Shown here: positions 50,493 to 58,735 of the stretch, piece after piece
Position numbering within the stretch: position 1 is the first letter of the stretch
Layout of the letters: the number at the start of each line of letters is the position of its first letter
From: Promethearchaeota archaeon
GTDB taxonomy: Archaea; Asgardarchaeota; Lokiarchaeia; Sigyniarchaeales; SOKP01
DNA: 64,000 nucleotides
Assembly (NCBI GenBank): GCA_016840165.1
Contig: JAEOSU010000051.1
Coordinates: 223,090-287,089, forward strand
Reading direction: 5' to 3'
Program-made: the position numbers and the translations under genes
The notes under the pieces: generated by a model
The model's input: only the letters and a program-made list of their open reading frames with translations
What the model was told of the DNA's origin: nothing
The model's database searches: none

Positions 50493-53036
50493 ATTACGGA
50501 AATTTATTCAATCTTGTCACATCCCTTTCGTAGGAAAATTCTTTTCATATTAGAAAAAGAAGGCTTTATTCCCTATACAGATTTAATGGAGAGGTTAGGG
50601 GTAGATCAAACGGGTCAATTGAACTTTCATTTAAAAAAACTTGGTTCTCTCATCGATAAAGATAAAAAGTCTTATTTCTTGACAGAGGACGGAAAGAGAG
50701 TCCTTAAATTAATCAATGTCAATAAGCGTATCCTTTCTGGGGAAGATCTTGAATATTTAGGAAAGAAGGGAAGTGAAATTAACCGTATTGGAGTAATTAT
50801 ATGCAATTGCAATACAGAAATATCCAATGTAATAAACATTAATGCATTAGAGCATTATATTGAAAAGTTAGATGGGGTAGTTTCTGTTAATGTTTTTGAC
50901 AATTTATGTCAAGAAAAAAACTTAAATAAAATAACTAGCTGGACTAAAGATAATTTTTTAAATAAAATCGTGATAGCCGCATGTTCACCAAAAACCCATC
51001 AGAATATTTTTGAACGAATTTTTAAGGGGATAATTGAACGGGCTAATATTGAAATAGCTAATATTAGAGAGCAATGTTGTTGGGTACATCATTCAAATGA
51101 TCAACAATTTGATCCATTATTAGCATTAAAGAAAGCGCAACTGCTCGTTGAAGCTGCAGTTGAGCGGATCAAAATGCAAAAGAAGATATTAATTAAAACA
51201 GTCGAGGTTGAAAAAAGTTGTGCGATATTGGGTGGTGGTATTGCAGGTATGACTTTAGCATTGAATCTTTCCTCTGCTGGCATTAAAGTATATCTTATTG
51301 AAAATTCACCAACTTTAGGAGGAAAGATAGCTAGATGGTATCGGGTTTCTAATATGGGTGATTGTTCAATTTGCTTTACTTCAGAGCTCATAGGTGAAAT
51401 TGTTAAAGAAAAGAACATTGAAATTTTTACTAATACTGAAGTTGAAATGGTCTCTGGAGATGTAGGAAATTTCACTCTAAATTTACTAAAAAAACCCCGA
51501 TTTGTTGACGAAAAGAAGTGTACAGGATGTAAACAATGTATAAGTGTATGTGCCAAACAAAAAGTGGATGATTATGAATTTGGACTGAATAACTGTAAAA
51601 TTATTCATTTTCCCTTCCAAAACTGCTATCCATATGCTCCGATAATCAATGAAGATGATGTCAAAAGCTGTTTAGATTGTAGAATTTGCGAAAGGGTATG
51701 TATTAATAATGCCATTGATTTAAATCAGAAACCTGAAGAGATACAAATCAAGGTAGGGGCAAAGGTTATAGCTATAGGGGCTGATCTTTATAATAAATTA
51801 GATGAATATCATTATAATCCTAAAAAAGATATTATAACGAATGCTCAATTCGAACGCCTTTTATCCGCTGATGGGATAACAGAAGGTAATTTGATTCGTT
51901 TGTCAGATGGAAAACCTATCAAATCAATCTCAATTATCCAAGAGGTTGGACCGTCATCTTATCTTACAGAATATTCGGAAATTTTGGCAAAGAAGTATAT
52001 TGAAGATATTAAAATAAAAAGTCCCGATTGCGAGGTAAACGTTTTTTATGATTTAAGTAAGTTAAAAGACAAAAATGAAGTTTTGTTGCGAACAACTAAT
52101 CCAAGTTTTATGTATGCCAATAGCTTATCTATTGCATCCAATAAACATCTAAATTATGTAATTGCAGATAATATAGAATTTCCAAGCGATTTGATCGTAT
52201 TAAATGTTAAATATGTGCCAAATAAAGATTTAAAGATTCTTCGTAGATTTATGGACTTTACATTAATGGACGATGGGTTTATGAGTGAAGAAACATTAGC
52301 CTCAGGGATATATGGTATTGGTACGATATTTGGTCCCTTAAGTTATCAATCAACCATCTCAACTACAAATAGGGTTGCCCTAAAAGTAATTTCTTTGCTA
52401 CTTAATGAATATTTAATAGCTGAATTCACTGGAATTGAAATCAATGAAGATAAATGCGGATTATGCGGATTATGCGTTAAATCCTGTCCCTATAATGCTA
52501 TAAGTATCGAATCAGATAAAATTACTATCGATAAATTCAAATGCAAGGGATGCGGGACCTGTGCAAGTGTATGTCCTACTAATGCTATTGAAATGAATAT
52601 CGATACCTCAAAAAAGATTATGAAGACTATTGAAATATATTCAAAATTCAATAAAGGTCCAAAAATTATAGCTTTTTGTTGCCAATCATGTGGTTATGCT
52701 GCAGCTGATGATGCAGGTCTTAAAAAGGAAATCTATCCTCCCCATATTTTTGTTGTACGCATACCATGTACAGGGCGGTTAGATACGGAATTTATCTTTA
52801 AATCATTTGAGATGGGATTTGATGGAGTGATGGTGATAGGCTGTAGAAAAGATGCTTGTAGATATATCGATGGTATAGAAAAAGCAAAGCAGAGAGTTCA
52901 GTTATTAAAAAAGATATTAGAACCAAAATTTAGAAATAGGATTATTTTAATGAATTTAAATGCCGTTGAAGGCCATAAATTCGCTGAAACGGCTAATAAA
53001 TTTTATAATCTTTTAAATGAGGTGGCTAAAAATTAA
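50493..53036 (+). CDS. Winged-HTH - HdrA-like flavoprotein - MvhD fusion (start uncertain: ATT 50493 or TTG 50514)
   Basis: wHTH: SILSHPFRRKIL...TGQLNFHLKKL...YFLTEDG. HdrA: RIGVIICNC, AACSP, NIREQCCWVH, GGGIAG, DCSIC and ferredoxin motifs. MvhD: AFCCQSCGY, RIPCTGR, GCRKDACRY. Confidence 0.88.
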   Translation: MTEIYSILSHPFRRKILFILEKEGFIPYTDLMERLGVDQTGQLNFHLKKLGSLIDKDKKSYFLTEDGKRVLKLINVNKRILSGEDLEYLGKKGSEINRIGVIICNCNTEISNVININALEHYIEKLDGVVSVNVFDNLCQEKNLNKITSWTKDNFLNKIVIAACSPKTHQNIFERIFKGIIERANIEIANIREQCCWVHHSNDQQFDPLLALKKAQLLVEAAVERIKMQKKILIKTVEVEKSCAILGGGIAGMTLALNLSSAGIKVYLIENSPTLGGKIARWYRVSNMGDCSICFTSELIGEIVKEKNIEIFTNTEVEMVSGDVGNFTLNLLKKPRFVDEKKCTGCKQCISVCAKQKVDDYEFGLNNCKIIHFPFQNCYPYAPIINEDDVKSCLDCRICERVCINNAIDLNQKPEEIQIKVGAKVIAIGADLYNKLDEYHYNPKKDIITNAQFERLLSADGITEGNLIRLSDGKPIKSISIIQEVGPSSYLTEYSEILAKKYIEDIKIKSPDCEVNVFYDLSKLKDKNEVLLRTTNPSFMYANSLSIASNKHLNYVIADNIEFPSDLIVLNVKYVPNKDLKILRRFMDFTLMDDGFMSEETLASGIYGIGTIFGPLSYQSTISTTNRVALKVISLLLNEYLIAEFTGIEINEDKCGLCGLCVKSCPYNAISIESDKITIDKFKCKGCGTCASVCPTNAIEMNIDTSKKIMKTIEIYSKFNKGPKIIAFCCQSCGYAAADDAGLKKEIYPPHIFVVRIPCTGRLDTEFIFKSFEMGFDGVMVIGCRKDACRYIDGIEKAKQRVQLLKKILEPKFRNRIILMNLNAVEGHKFAETANKFYNLLNEVAKN

Positions 53037-53796
53037 AGTAAAAGTCATCATCGAATCTTTAACTTCTTGTAGTGGATGTATTTTAACATTGCTTTCATTA
53101 GATGTGTTTCCTCAATTTTTAGAAAGAACTGAAATTACTTATTTTCCATTTATATCAGATAAAAAAGAATTTGTAAAGTCAGACATAGCCCTAGTCGAGG
53201 GATGTGTTTCAGAAGCATCTCAAATAGAAACTTTAAAGACTATACGTAAAAATTCTGTAAAATTGTGTGCACTAGGAACTTGTGCTGCATTTGGAGGTAT
53301 TATGGGGCTTTCGAAAAGAAAAAAATCGGATCCAATTTCAAAATTTGTAGATGTCGATTATGTAATTCCAGGTTGTCCTCCTCCTATTAACTTATTAGGA
53401 AATGCTTTAATGGATCTTGTCGAAAATAAACCTATAAAGTTACCAGAAAAGAATATGTGTTATTCTTGCCCCTTGAAGGGGGAAATGAAAAAAAACCTTA
53501 ATACGCCAATCTTAAGACTTTTCCCTCAGAATTCTAAATTGAACTCAAAAGAAAATGAACAAGAATGTTTTTTAAAAAGAGGAATATTATGTTTAGGTCC
53601 CATAACTCGAGAAGGATGTGATCACAAATGTATTGAACTGGGTATTCCATGTGAAGGATGTTTAGGACCTGTTTCCAAAGATTATACCTCCAATCTAATT
53701 AATTTTTTAAGTCTAGTACCTCTTTCGAATAAATTGAAACGATATTCTGGTATCTTTAATCGATTTTCAAAACCGGTATTAAAGAGGTGTTCATAA
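53017..53796 (+). CDS. mvhG: [NiFe]-hydrogenase small subunit, group 3c (MvhG-like)
   Basis: SCSGC, VEG, GTCA, PGCPP, CYSC, CFL..G.LCLGPITREGC..KC...GIPCEGC.GP. Confidence 0.88.
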   Translation: MRWLKIKVKVIIESLTSCSGCILTLLSLDVFPQFLERTEITYFPFISDKKEFVKSDIALVEGCVSEASQIETLKTIRKNSVKLCALGTCAAFGGIMGLSKRKKSDPISKFVDVDYVIPGCPPPINLLGNALMDLVENKPIKLPEKNMCYSCPLKGEMKKNLNTPILRLFPQNSKLNSKENEQECFLKRGILCLGPITREGCDHKCIELGIPCEGCLGPVSKDYTSNLINFLSLVPLSNKLKRYSGIFNRFSKPVLKRCS

Positions 53797-55098
53797 TTGC
53801 AAAAAGTAATTGAAGTATGTCATCGAGTAGAGGGTCAGGGAAAGATTAACTATTTTGTACAAAATGATAAAATAGATCACGTTAATTTTGTACTATCAGC
53901 CGTGAGGGGATTTGAAAATATTTTAATAGGTAAAAAACTGCAGGATATACCTAGAATTGTCTCAAGAATTTGTGGATTGTGCCAAGCTTCTCAAACAATT
54001 GCAAGTTGTAAAGCGATTGAAGAAATATATGGAATAAAACCTAGCTTTCAATCAATTTTGATTAGGAGACTTCTCATGTCAGCAGAATTAATTAAATCCC
54101 ACATAATTCATTTTTTCTTCCAATGTCTTCCTGATCTTTTAGAGCTCTTTCAAAATGAAGATAAAAATATGGATATTTTTAACTTGATCAAATTAGATCC
54201 TCAATTAACCTCAAGCGTTTATGATTTAATAAAAGCCGCAACAGAAATAAGTCATATTTTTGGTGGAAGAATGATTCATTTGATTACTCCCACCCCTGGT
54301 GGAATGATATATAATCCTTCTAAAAAAAATATTTTACTTGTAAAAAGATATTTACAAAAAGCTTCTACCAATATTGACTATATTCTTCAGAAGTATGTAG
54401 ATCTATTCTCTCAAAAACAACCACCTGAAGATTTTAATTTACATAGCTTAAATATGTTAGGAATGCTTAATGAAGGTCATTATGATCGCTATAATGGAAG
54501 TATACACATAATGCAATCTAATGGAAATGAGATTGAATTTGATGTTTTAGATTATGAGAATTATTTTACCAAAGATGCGAACTTATTTGGGATAAAATTC
54601 TTAATAGATGATCATAAACCAATTTTAACAGGGCCAATTGCGCGATATAGCCTTTGTAGAAATAATAGTCTCAGTATGTACAATTCATTATTGAAGCATT
54701 TTGATATGAGATGGAAAAATAATATATTATTTGTAAATTTTCTACAATTATTAGAGATTTTTAATGAAATTAAGACAAGTGCCGCTATGCTTGAACATAA
54801 TAATTTAGAAAATCATGAATCACTACCTAATCTTAATACTATCGCAAATTATAATGGCATTGGAAATGTAGAAGCTCCCCGTGGGACTCTTGTCCATCAT
54901 TATCATGTAAATAAATCTAATATAGTTGATAAAGTTAAATTATACATACCAACTGAAATAAATTTCCCTTTATTGAATGAAAGCATTAAAGAGTATGCTC
55001 AAAAATTATATGAAAAAGAAGATATTGCGACACTTAATAGAAAAGTTCAGCGCATGGTTAGAGCTTTTGATCCATGCATAGCCTGTGCTACACATTAG
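53797..55098 (+). CDS. mvhA: [NiFe]-hydrogenase large subunit, group 3 (MvhA-like), without C-terminal extension
   Basis: RVEG, RGFE, L1 RICGLC, EAPRGTLVHHY, L2 RAFDPCIACATH directly followed by TAG. Confidence 0.88.
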   Translation: MQKVIEVCHRVEGQGKINYFVQNDKIDHVNFVLSAVRGFENILIGKKLQDIPRIVSRICGLCQASQTIASCKAIEEIYGIKPSFQSILIRRLLMSAELIKSHIIHFFFQCLPDLLELFQNEDKNMDIFNLIKLDPQLTSSVYDLIKAATEISHIFGGRMIHLITPTPGGMIYNPSKKNILLVKRYLQKASTNIDYILQKYVDLFSQKQPPEDFNLHSLNMLGMLNEGHYDRYNGSIHIMQSNGNEIEFDVLDYENYFTKDANLFGIKFLIDDHKPILTGPIARYSLCRNNSLSMYNSLLKHFDMRWKNNILFVNFLQLLEIFNEIKTSAAMLEHNNLENHESLPNLNTIANYNGIGNVEAPRGTLVHHYHVNKSNIVDKVKLYIPTEINFPLLNESIKEYAQKLYEKEDIATLNRKVQRMVRAFDPCIACATH

Positions 55099-55134
55099 GT
55101 ATAGATTAATCAGAATTTAAATGGTGAGAACTAA

Positions 55135-56166
55135 ATTTTCGATTCATTACAAAATACTCCTGAGGAATCTGTAGAACCTGAACAATTATGCGAGGTATTT
55201 TTACTTTATTTTGATGAAGAATTTGGTCACATGCCCCTTCTTATTACTCCAGATGAATCAGTGAGAGATAATGCGGATATTATGCGTTTAGTTAAGATCC
55301 ATTCTATCTGGTTTCTTGATATTAGTGATCAAGCTTCCCCTGATCGTATAGATTTAGAATATCAAGGAAAAATGTATTTTGCAAAAAAATTTATGGTTCC
55401 TTCGAGAAGAGAAAAACGTCGAACTGGTTCTGAAGGCGAACTTTATGAAACTATAGTATTAATTTTATCGTTACCAATTGATATGGATATTTTTGGAGGA
55501 GAACTGTTGAAAAAAATATCTGAGCGGATAATCAAACACTTTAAATTAAAACTATCTTTTTTAATTGAAGCTGAATTGGCTAAAATCAATGTGATAAAAA
55601 CTTCTAAACTAACAGAATCTATTAATATCGGTGAGGCAATAAAAAACCGTATCAAGGTATTAATTAAAAATACTTGTTGTCATTATTTCCAATCTGTTAT
55701 TAAAAAAACTGATGCTACAACCTTCAAACTCCAAAAAGCAATATCCTATTTATCATTAAAAGGGGTTCCAATTAATTATATAGTAAGTGAAAATGAGAGT
55801 TTCGATTTCTCAAATATAAAAATCTTTGAATCAAAAGCTTGTGTGGATGAATTATATCGATTCCAAAAAGACTTCTCAATTATAAGAACAAATTTAGATT
55901 TGAGAACCCAAGAATTAGAAATCCTATTAAAGAATCAAAGCCAAAATATCTATCATCATTTAGAAATTAGAGTTATAGCGATACAAGATTTTTTTGAAAG
56001 TGAAATCTTGCATGAAGAAATTGATGAATGGCTTTCGGAAGAAGAAATCATGATCATTTTACCTGAAGTAACTACTACTCATGAATATTTATTGAGTATT
56101 TTGAATGGAGATTCAAAAAATACCCTCTTTAAACAGAAGATCAATATTTCTATTAAGGATAGTTAA
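55135..56166 (+). CDS. Hypothetical protein with N-terminal longin/uDENN-like domain (start probably upstream of ATG 55231)
   Basis: Frame is open from 55135. VFLLYFDEEFGHMP, mostly upstream of the annotated ATG, matches the uDENN FD...GP beta-hairpin pattern. Confidence 0.6.
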   Translation: MFDSLQNTPEESVEPEQLCEVFLLYFDEEFGHMPLLITPDESVRDNADIMRLVKIHSIWFLDISDQASPDRIDLEYQGKMYFAKKFMVPSRREKRRTGSEGELYETIVLILSLPIDMDIFGGELLKKISERIIKHFKLKLSFLIEAELAKINVIKTSKLTESINIGEAIKNRIKVLIKNTCCHYFQSVIKKTDATTFKLQKAISYLSLKGVPINYIVSENESFDFSNIKIFESKACVDELYRFQKDFSIIRTNLDLRTQELEILLKNQSQNIYHHLEIRVIAIQDFFESEILHEEIDEWLSEEEIMIILPEVTTTHEYLLSILNGDSKNTLFKQKINISIKDS

Positions 56167-56212
56167 AATTTGCCCATCATCATTTAAGAGGGGGTAAATA
56201 AAAATAGGTAAT

Positions 56213-56581
56213 CTAAAATTGTAATTCACGGTTTCTTAATTTTGAAACGAGATGCCCTCGAGAAAGAAGCTGAATCCCAAATTGTGAGGAATAATCTCGT
56301 GAGAAGTCGGTTGCAATGTTACAAATCATTATCCCCCCTTCAATATCCGGTACGTCAATGCATGCTTTATGAAGCTGTCGTAGTTGCGTTATTGAGATCT
56401 CTCTTTTCCAATCACGAATAAAAATCCCGAATTTCCCATATTTCCCATTATTCACTATTGCATTAAATTCCCAAGTCTTTCCGGAATTTCCCCGTAACTT
56501 TTGAGGGCCTTTAATAAATTCATACTTTTCAGAAAGGACTTTTTCTGCTAATTCATTCAAATTTTTATCAGAAAAGTTCAT
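56213..56581 (-). CDS. Mrr-like restriction endonuclease-fold protein, degenerate
   Basis: LRGNSGKTWEF.AIV...GIFIRDWKREISITQL...GIMI..F....GIQL pattern; the acidic and Lys catalytic positions are substituted. Confidence 0.6.
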   Translation of the reverse strand: MNFSDKNLNELAEKVLSEKYEFIKGPQKLRGNSGKTWEFNAIVNNGKYGKFGIFIRDWKREISITQLRQLHKACIDVPDIEGGIMICNIATDFSRDYSSQFGIQLLSRGHLVSKLRNRELQF

Positions 56582-56765
56582 GAAATCACAAATAATTTAT
56601 TTAAATATATTTTCACTCAATTATATAAATGTTAGTTGAATAGTTGTCAAAAAATATCATAAAAATATGTAATACCTAGATAATATCCTCAGATTATCAC
56701 AATAACTCAACCTCTAAAAAGCATACTGGGAATGAGAACCTTCCGACAAAAAGTATTCTATATTT

Positions 56766-57611
56766 TTAAATAATATAATTATTAAATAATTTGAATAAGG
56801 GATATTCGCCCTCAGAATCGGGCCCATTTTTTCTAATGTACTCTATTAGATGAGTATCGAGATATTCAATTAATTTGATGATGATTTGATTACACATCCG
56901 TTCACATTTTAAGAAGTTTGTTTCTATAAGTTCACAGCTAGGATTAAATTTTCTACAGAACTTTTTCATTTGAAGGGAATATCCCTCCGCAGAAAGATAT
57001 TTAATTTCGTTCCAAGAATCTTTAAAACCTCCTAATACACTTGGTGGCATAGACTTTAAAGAGGAAGAGAGATCTATTTCATTACTCCACTTTTCCTTAG
57101 ATAGGCTATATTTCAATCGATTTTTTATCCTACTACGCTCCCTTAAAGCTTCAATTTGACATAAAAACACATATTTCTTCAATAGATTTTCCGCTTCTCT
57201 GGCATAAGCTTCATTTTTAATTTTCCAACCGCCTAATCGTTTGCATGAAATAATTTTTTTTGAGGGGTTAGAAAAGCCAGTAGGATAAATCCAACACTGT
57301 GGAGGCTTTCTATTGGTATTATGAACGCGGCATCCATTTTTCTCTTTATCAAACAAAAAGCATTTTCCTGTATTCTCATCAAAACGAAGATGAAATGAGA
57401 ACACATTGCTCCGAATGAAATCCATTTCTTTAGCATATCCATTCTCGATATACCATTCTGCCAAAACCTTGGGAATATCGATTTTTATAGAACAACAATC
57501 ACCATGACATTTTTTCGGATCTGTACAATCGGGGCCCTCAATAGATTCCTTCATCAGAAAATTATACCGCTCAAGAATCTTCCAAAAATATGTATTTTTT
57601 TTTGCTTCCAC
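56766..57611 (-). CDS. YkgJ/UPF0153-like Cys-rich (Fe-S/Zn) protein
   Basis: C....CHGDCC ... CFLFD...GCRVH..RKPPQCWIYP. Confidence 0.7.
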   Translation of the reverse strand: MEAKKNTYFWKILERYNFLMKESIEGPDCTDPKKCHGDCCSIKIDIPKVLAEWYIENGYAKEMDFIRSNVFSFHLRFDENTGKCFLFDKEKNGCRVHNTNRKPPQCWIYPTGFSNPSKKIISCKRLGGWKIKNEAYAREAENLLKKYVFLCQIEALRERSRIKNRLKYSLSKEKWSNEIDLSSSLKSMPPSVLGGFKDSWNEIKYLSAEGYSLQMKKFCRKFNPSCELIETNFLKCERMCNQIIIKLIEYLDTHLIEYIRKNGPDSEGEYPLFKLFNNYII

Positions 57612-57721
57612 TTTAATTGAGTAATTGTATTTAAATTTATAAACGTCTTTATTTCCTTAAATTTAAATTTCAATCTCATTTGATTATTTTATATAAATAT
57701 CAATAATCTAGGGGTAAAGTT

Positions 57722-58675
57722 ATGACAGATTTGATCATAATTGATATAACAGATACTGAAAAAGCTGAATTGGATGGGGCCTCAAAATTGAAAGAAATTT
57801 CGGGTGAGGGGATAATATCAATTAAGAATCCGACCTTAAAGAGCAGATTATGGAATTTAAATTGTGATTTAAAAGAAATTGTAAATACAACTATACCTTC
57901 AAGAGAACTTAATATTGGTATATTAGAGAGTAATCAACTTCATGAAACCAATTATCAAATTCAAAACATAAAGGGACCCTCATTAAAAGTTGTTGAGGAA
58001 TTTGAGACTAAATTCATTAATAATAATTGCAGATTAACAGTAAATATCGAAAATCCCTTAAAACAAGCAATAACTAACATTAAGTTATCTCGAGAGGTTC
58101 CTCTATCCTTCCAAGAAATAGAAATTCAACCTACTAAAGTAGGAGTTGCTGGTATTGTAGAAGATGGGGAAAATCAATATTTAAACTGGGATATACTTTC
58201 ACTCGAAGCAGAGCAAGGGGCTAAACTTGAGATACTTTGTACACTTCCTATCGAAGATAATCAAGTAAAATCCTTGGGGGCTTTAAATATAAGCTATTTA
58301 ATAAATAATTATAAACTGACATATATTTCCCCCGAGATTCGTGGGTTTACTGACTCTATAAGCGGTATTGATAGAGATCAGACCTCTCAACCAGGATTAT
58401 GGGACTGCAATCTTGAATTTATTAACGATTCTGAATTTCAAGTTCGATTAGAAGAGGTAAAAGTCACCCATACGATAACTACGGGGAATGAGGTAGTAGT
58501 TTCTCAAACTCCGAACCGCCTACTTAATCCTAATCAAAAATGGAACTATTCTTTTCAAATAGAATCTAAAGAATTACCTGAATTAAATCCAATAATTGGA
58601 TTTACTCCATTATTTGTGGTATTAACTAGAGTAAAAGGTGAAATACATAAAGAACCAACAATCTACGCTGCTTAA
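57722..58675 (+). CDS. All-beta hypothetical protein, possible mu-homology-domain (adaptin medium chain C-terminal)-like
   Basis: Strand pattern resembles MHD subdomains (see finding); inference only. Confidence 0.5.
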   Translation: MTDLIIIDITDTEKAELDGASKLKEISGEGIISIKNPTLKSRLWNLNCDLKEIVNTTIPSRELNIGILESNQLHETNYQIQNIKGPSLKVVEEFETKFINNNCRLTVNIENPLKQAITNIKLSREVPLSFQEIEIQPTKVGVAGIVEDGENQYLNWDILSLEAEQGAKLEILCTLPIEDNQVKSLGALNISYLINNYKLTYISPEIRGFTDSISGIDRDQTSQPGLWDCNLEFINDSEFQVRLEEVKVTHTITTGNEVVVSQTPNRLLNPNQKWNYSFQIESKELPELNPIIGFTPLFVVLTRVKGEIHKEPTIYAA

Positions 58676-58735
58676 TAAGTGATATGTCAGAGATTAAGAG
58701 ATTATATACTGAAAAAATTACTAATTGATAATTTA

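Noticed and set aside
50514-55098. Selenocysteine recoding in HdrA/MvhD/MvhA (known selenoprotein families in Lokiarchaeia)
   Set aside because: The frames are open without in-frame TGA, the positions that can be Sec (DCSIC, CQSCGY, IPCTG, DPCIAC) are Cys codons, and I found no convincing SECIS nearby.
55096-55104. Pyrrolysine or readthrough of the mvhA TAG to supply a C-terminal tail
   Set aside because: A second in-frame TAG follows one codon later (TAG GTA TAG).
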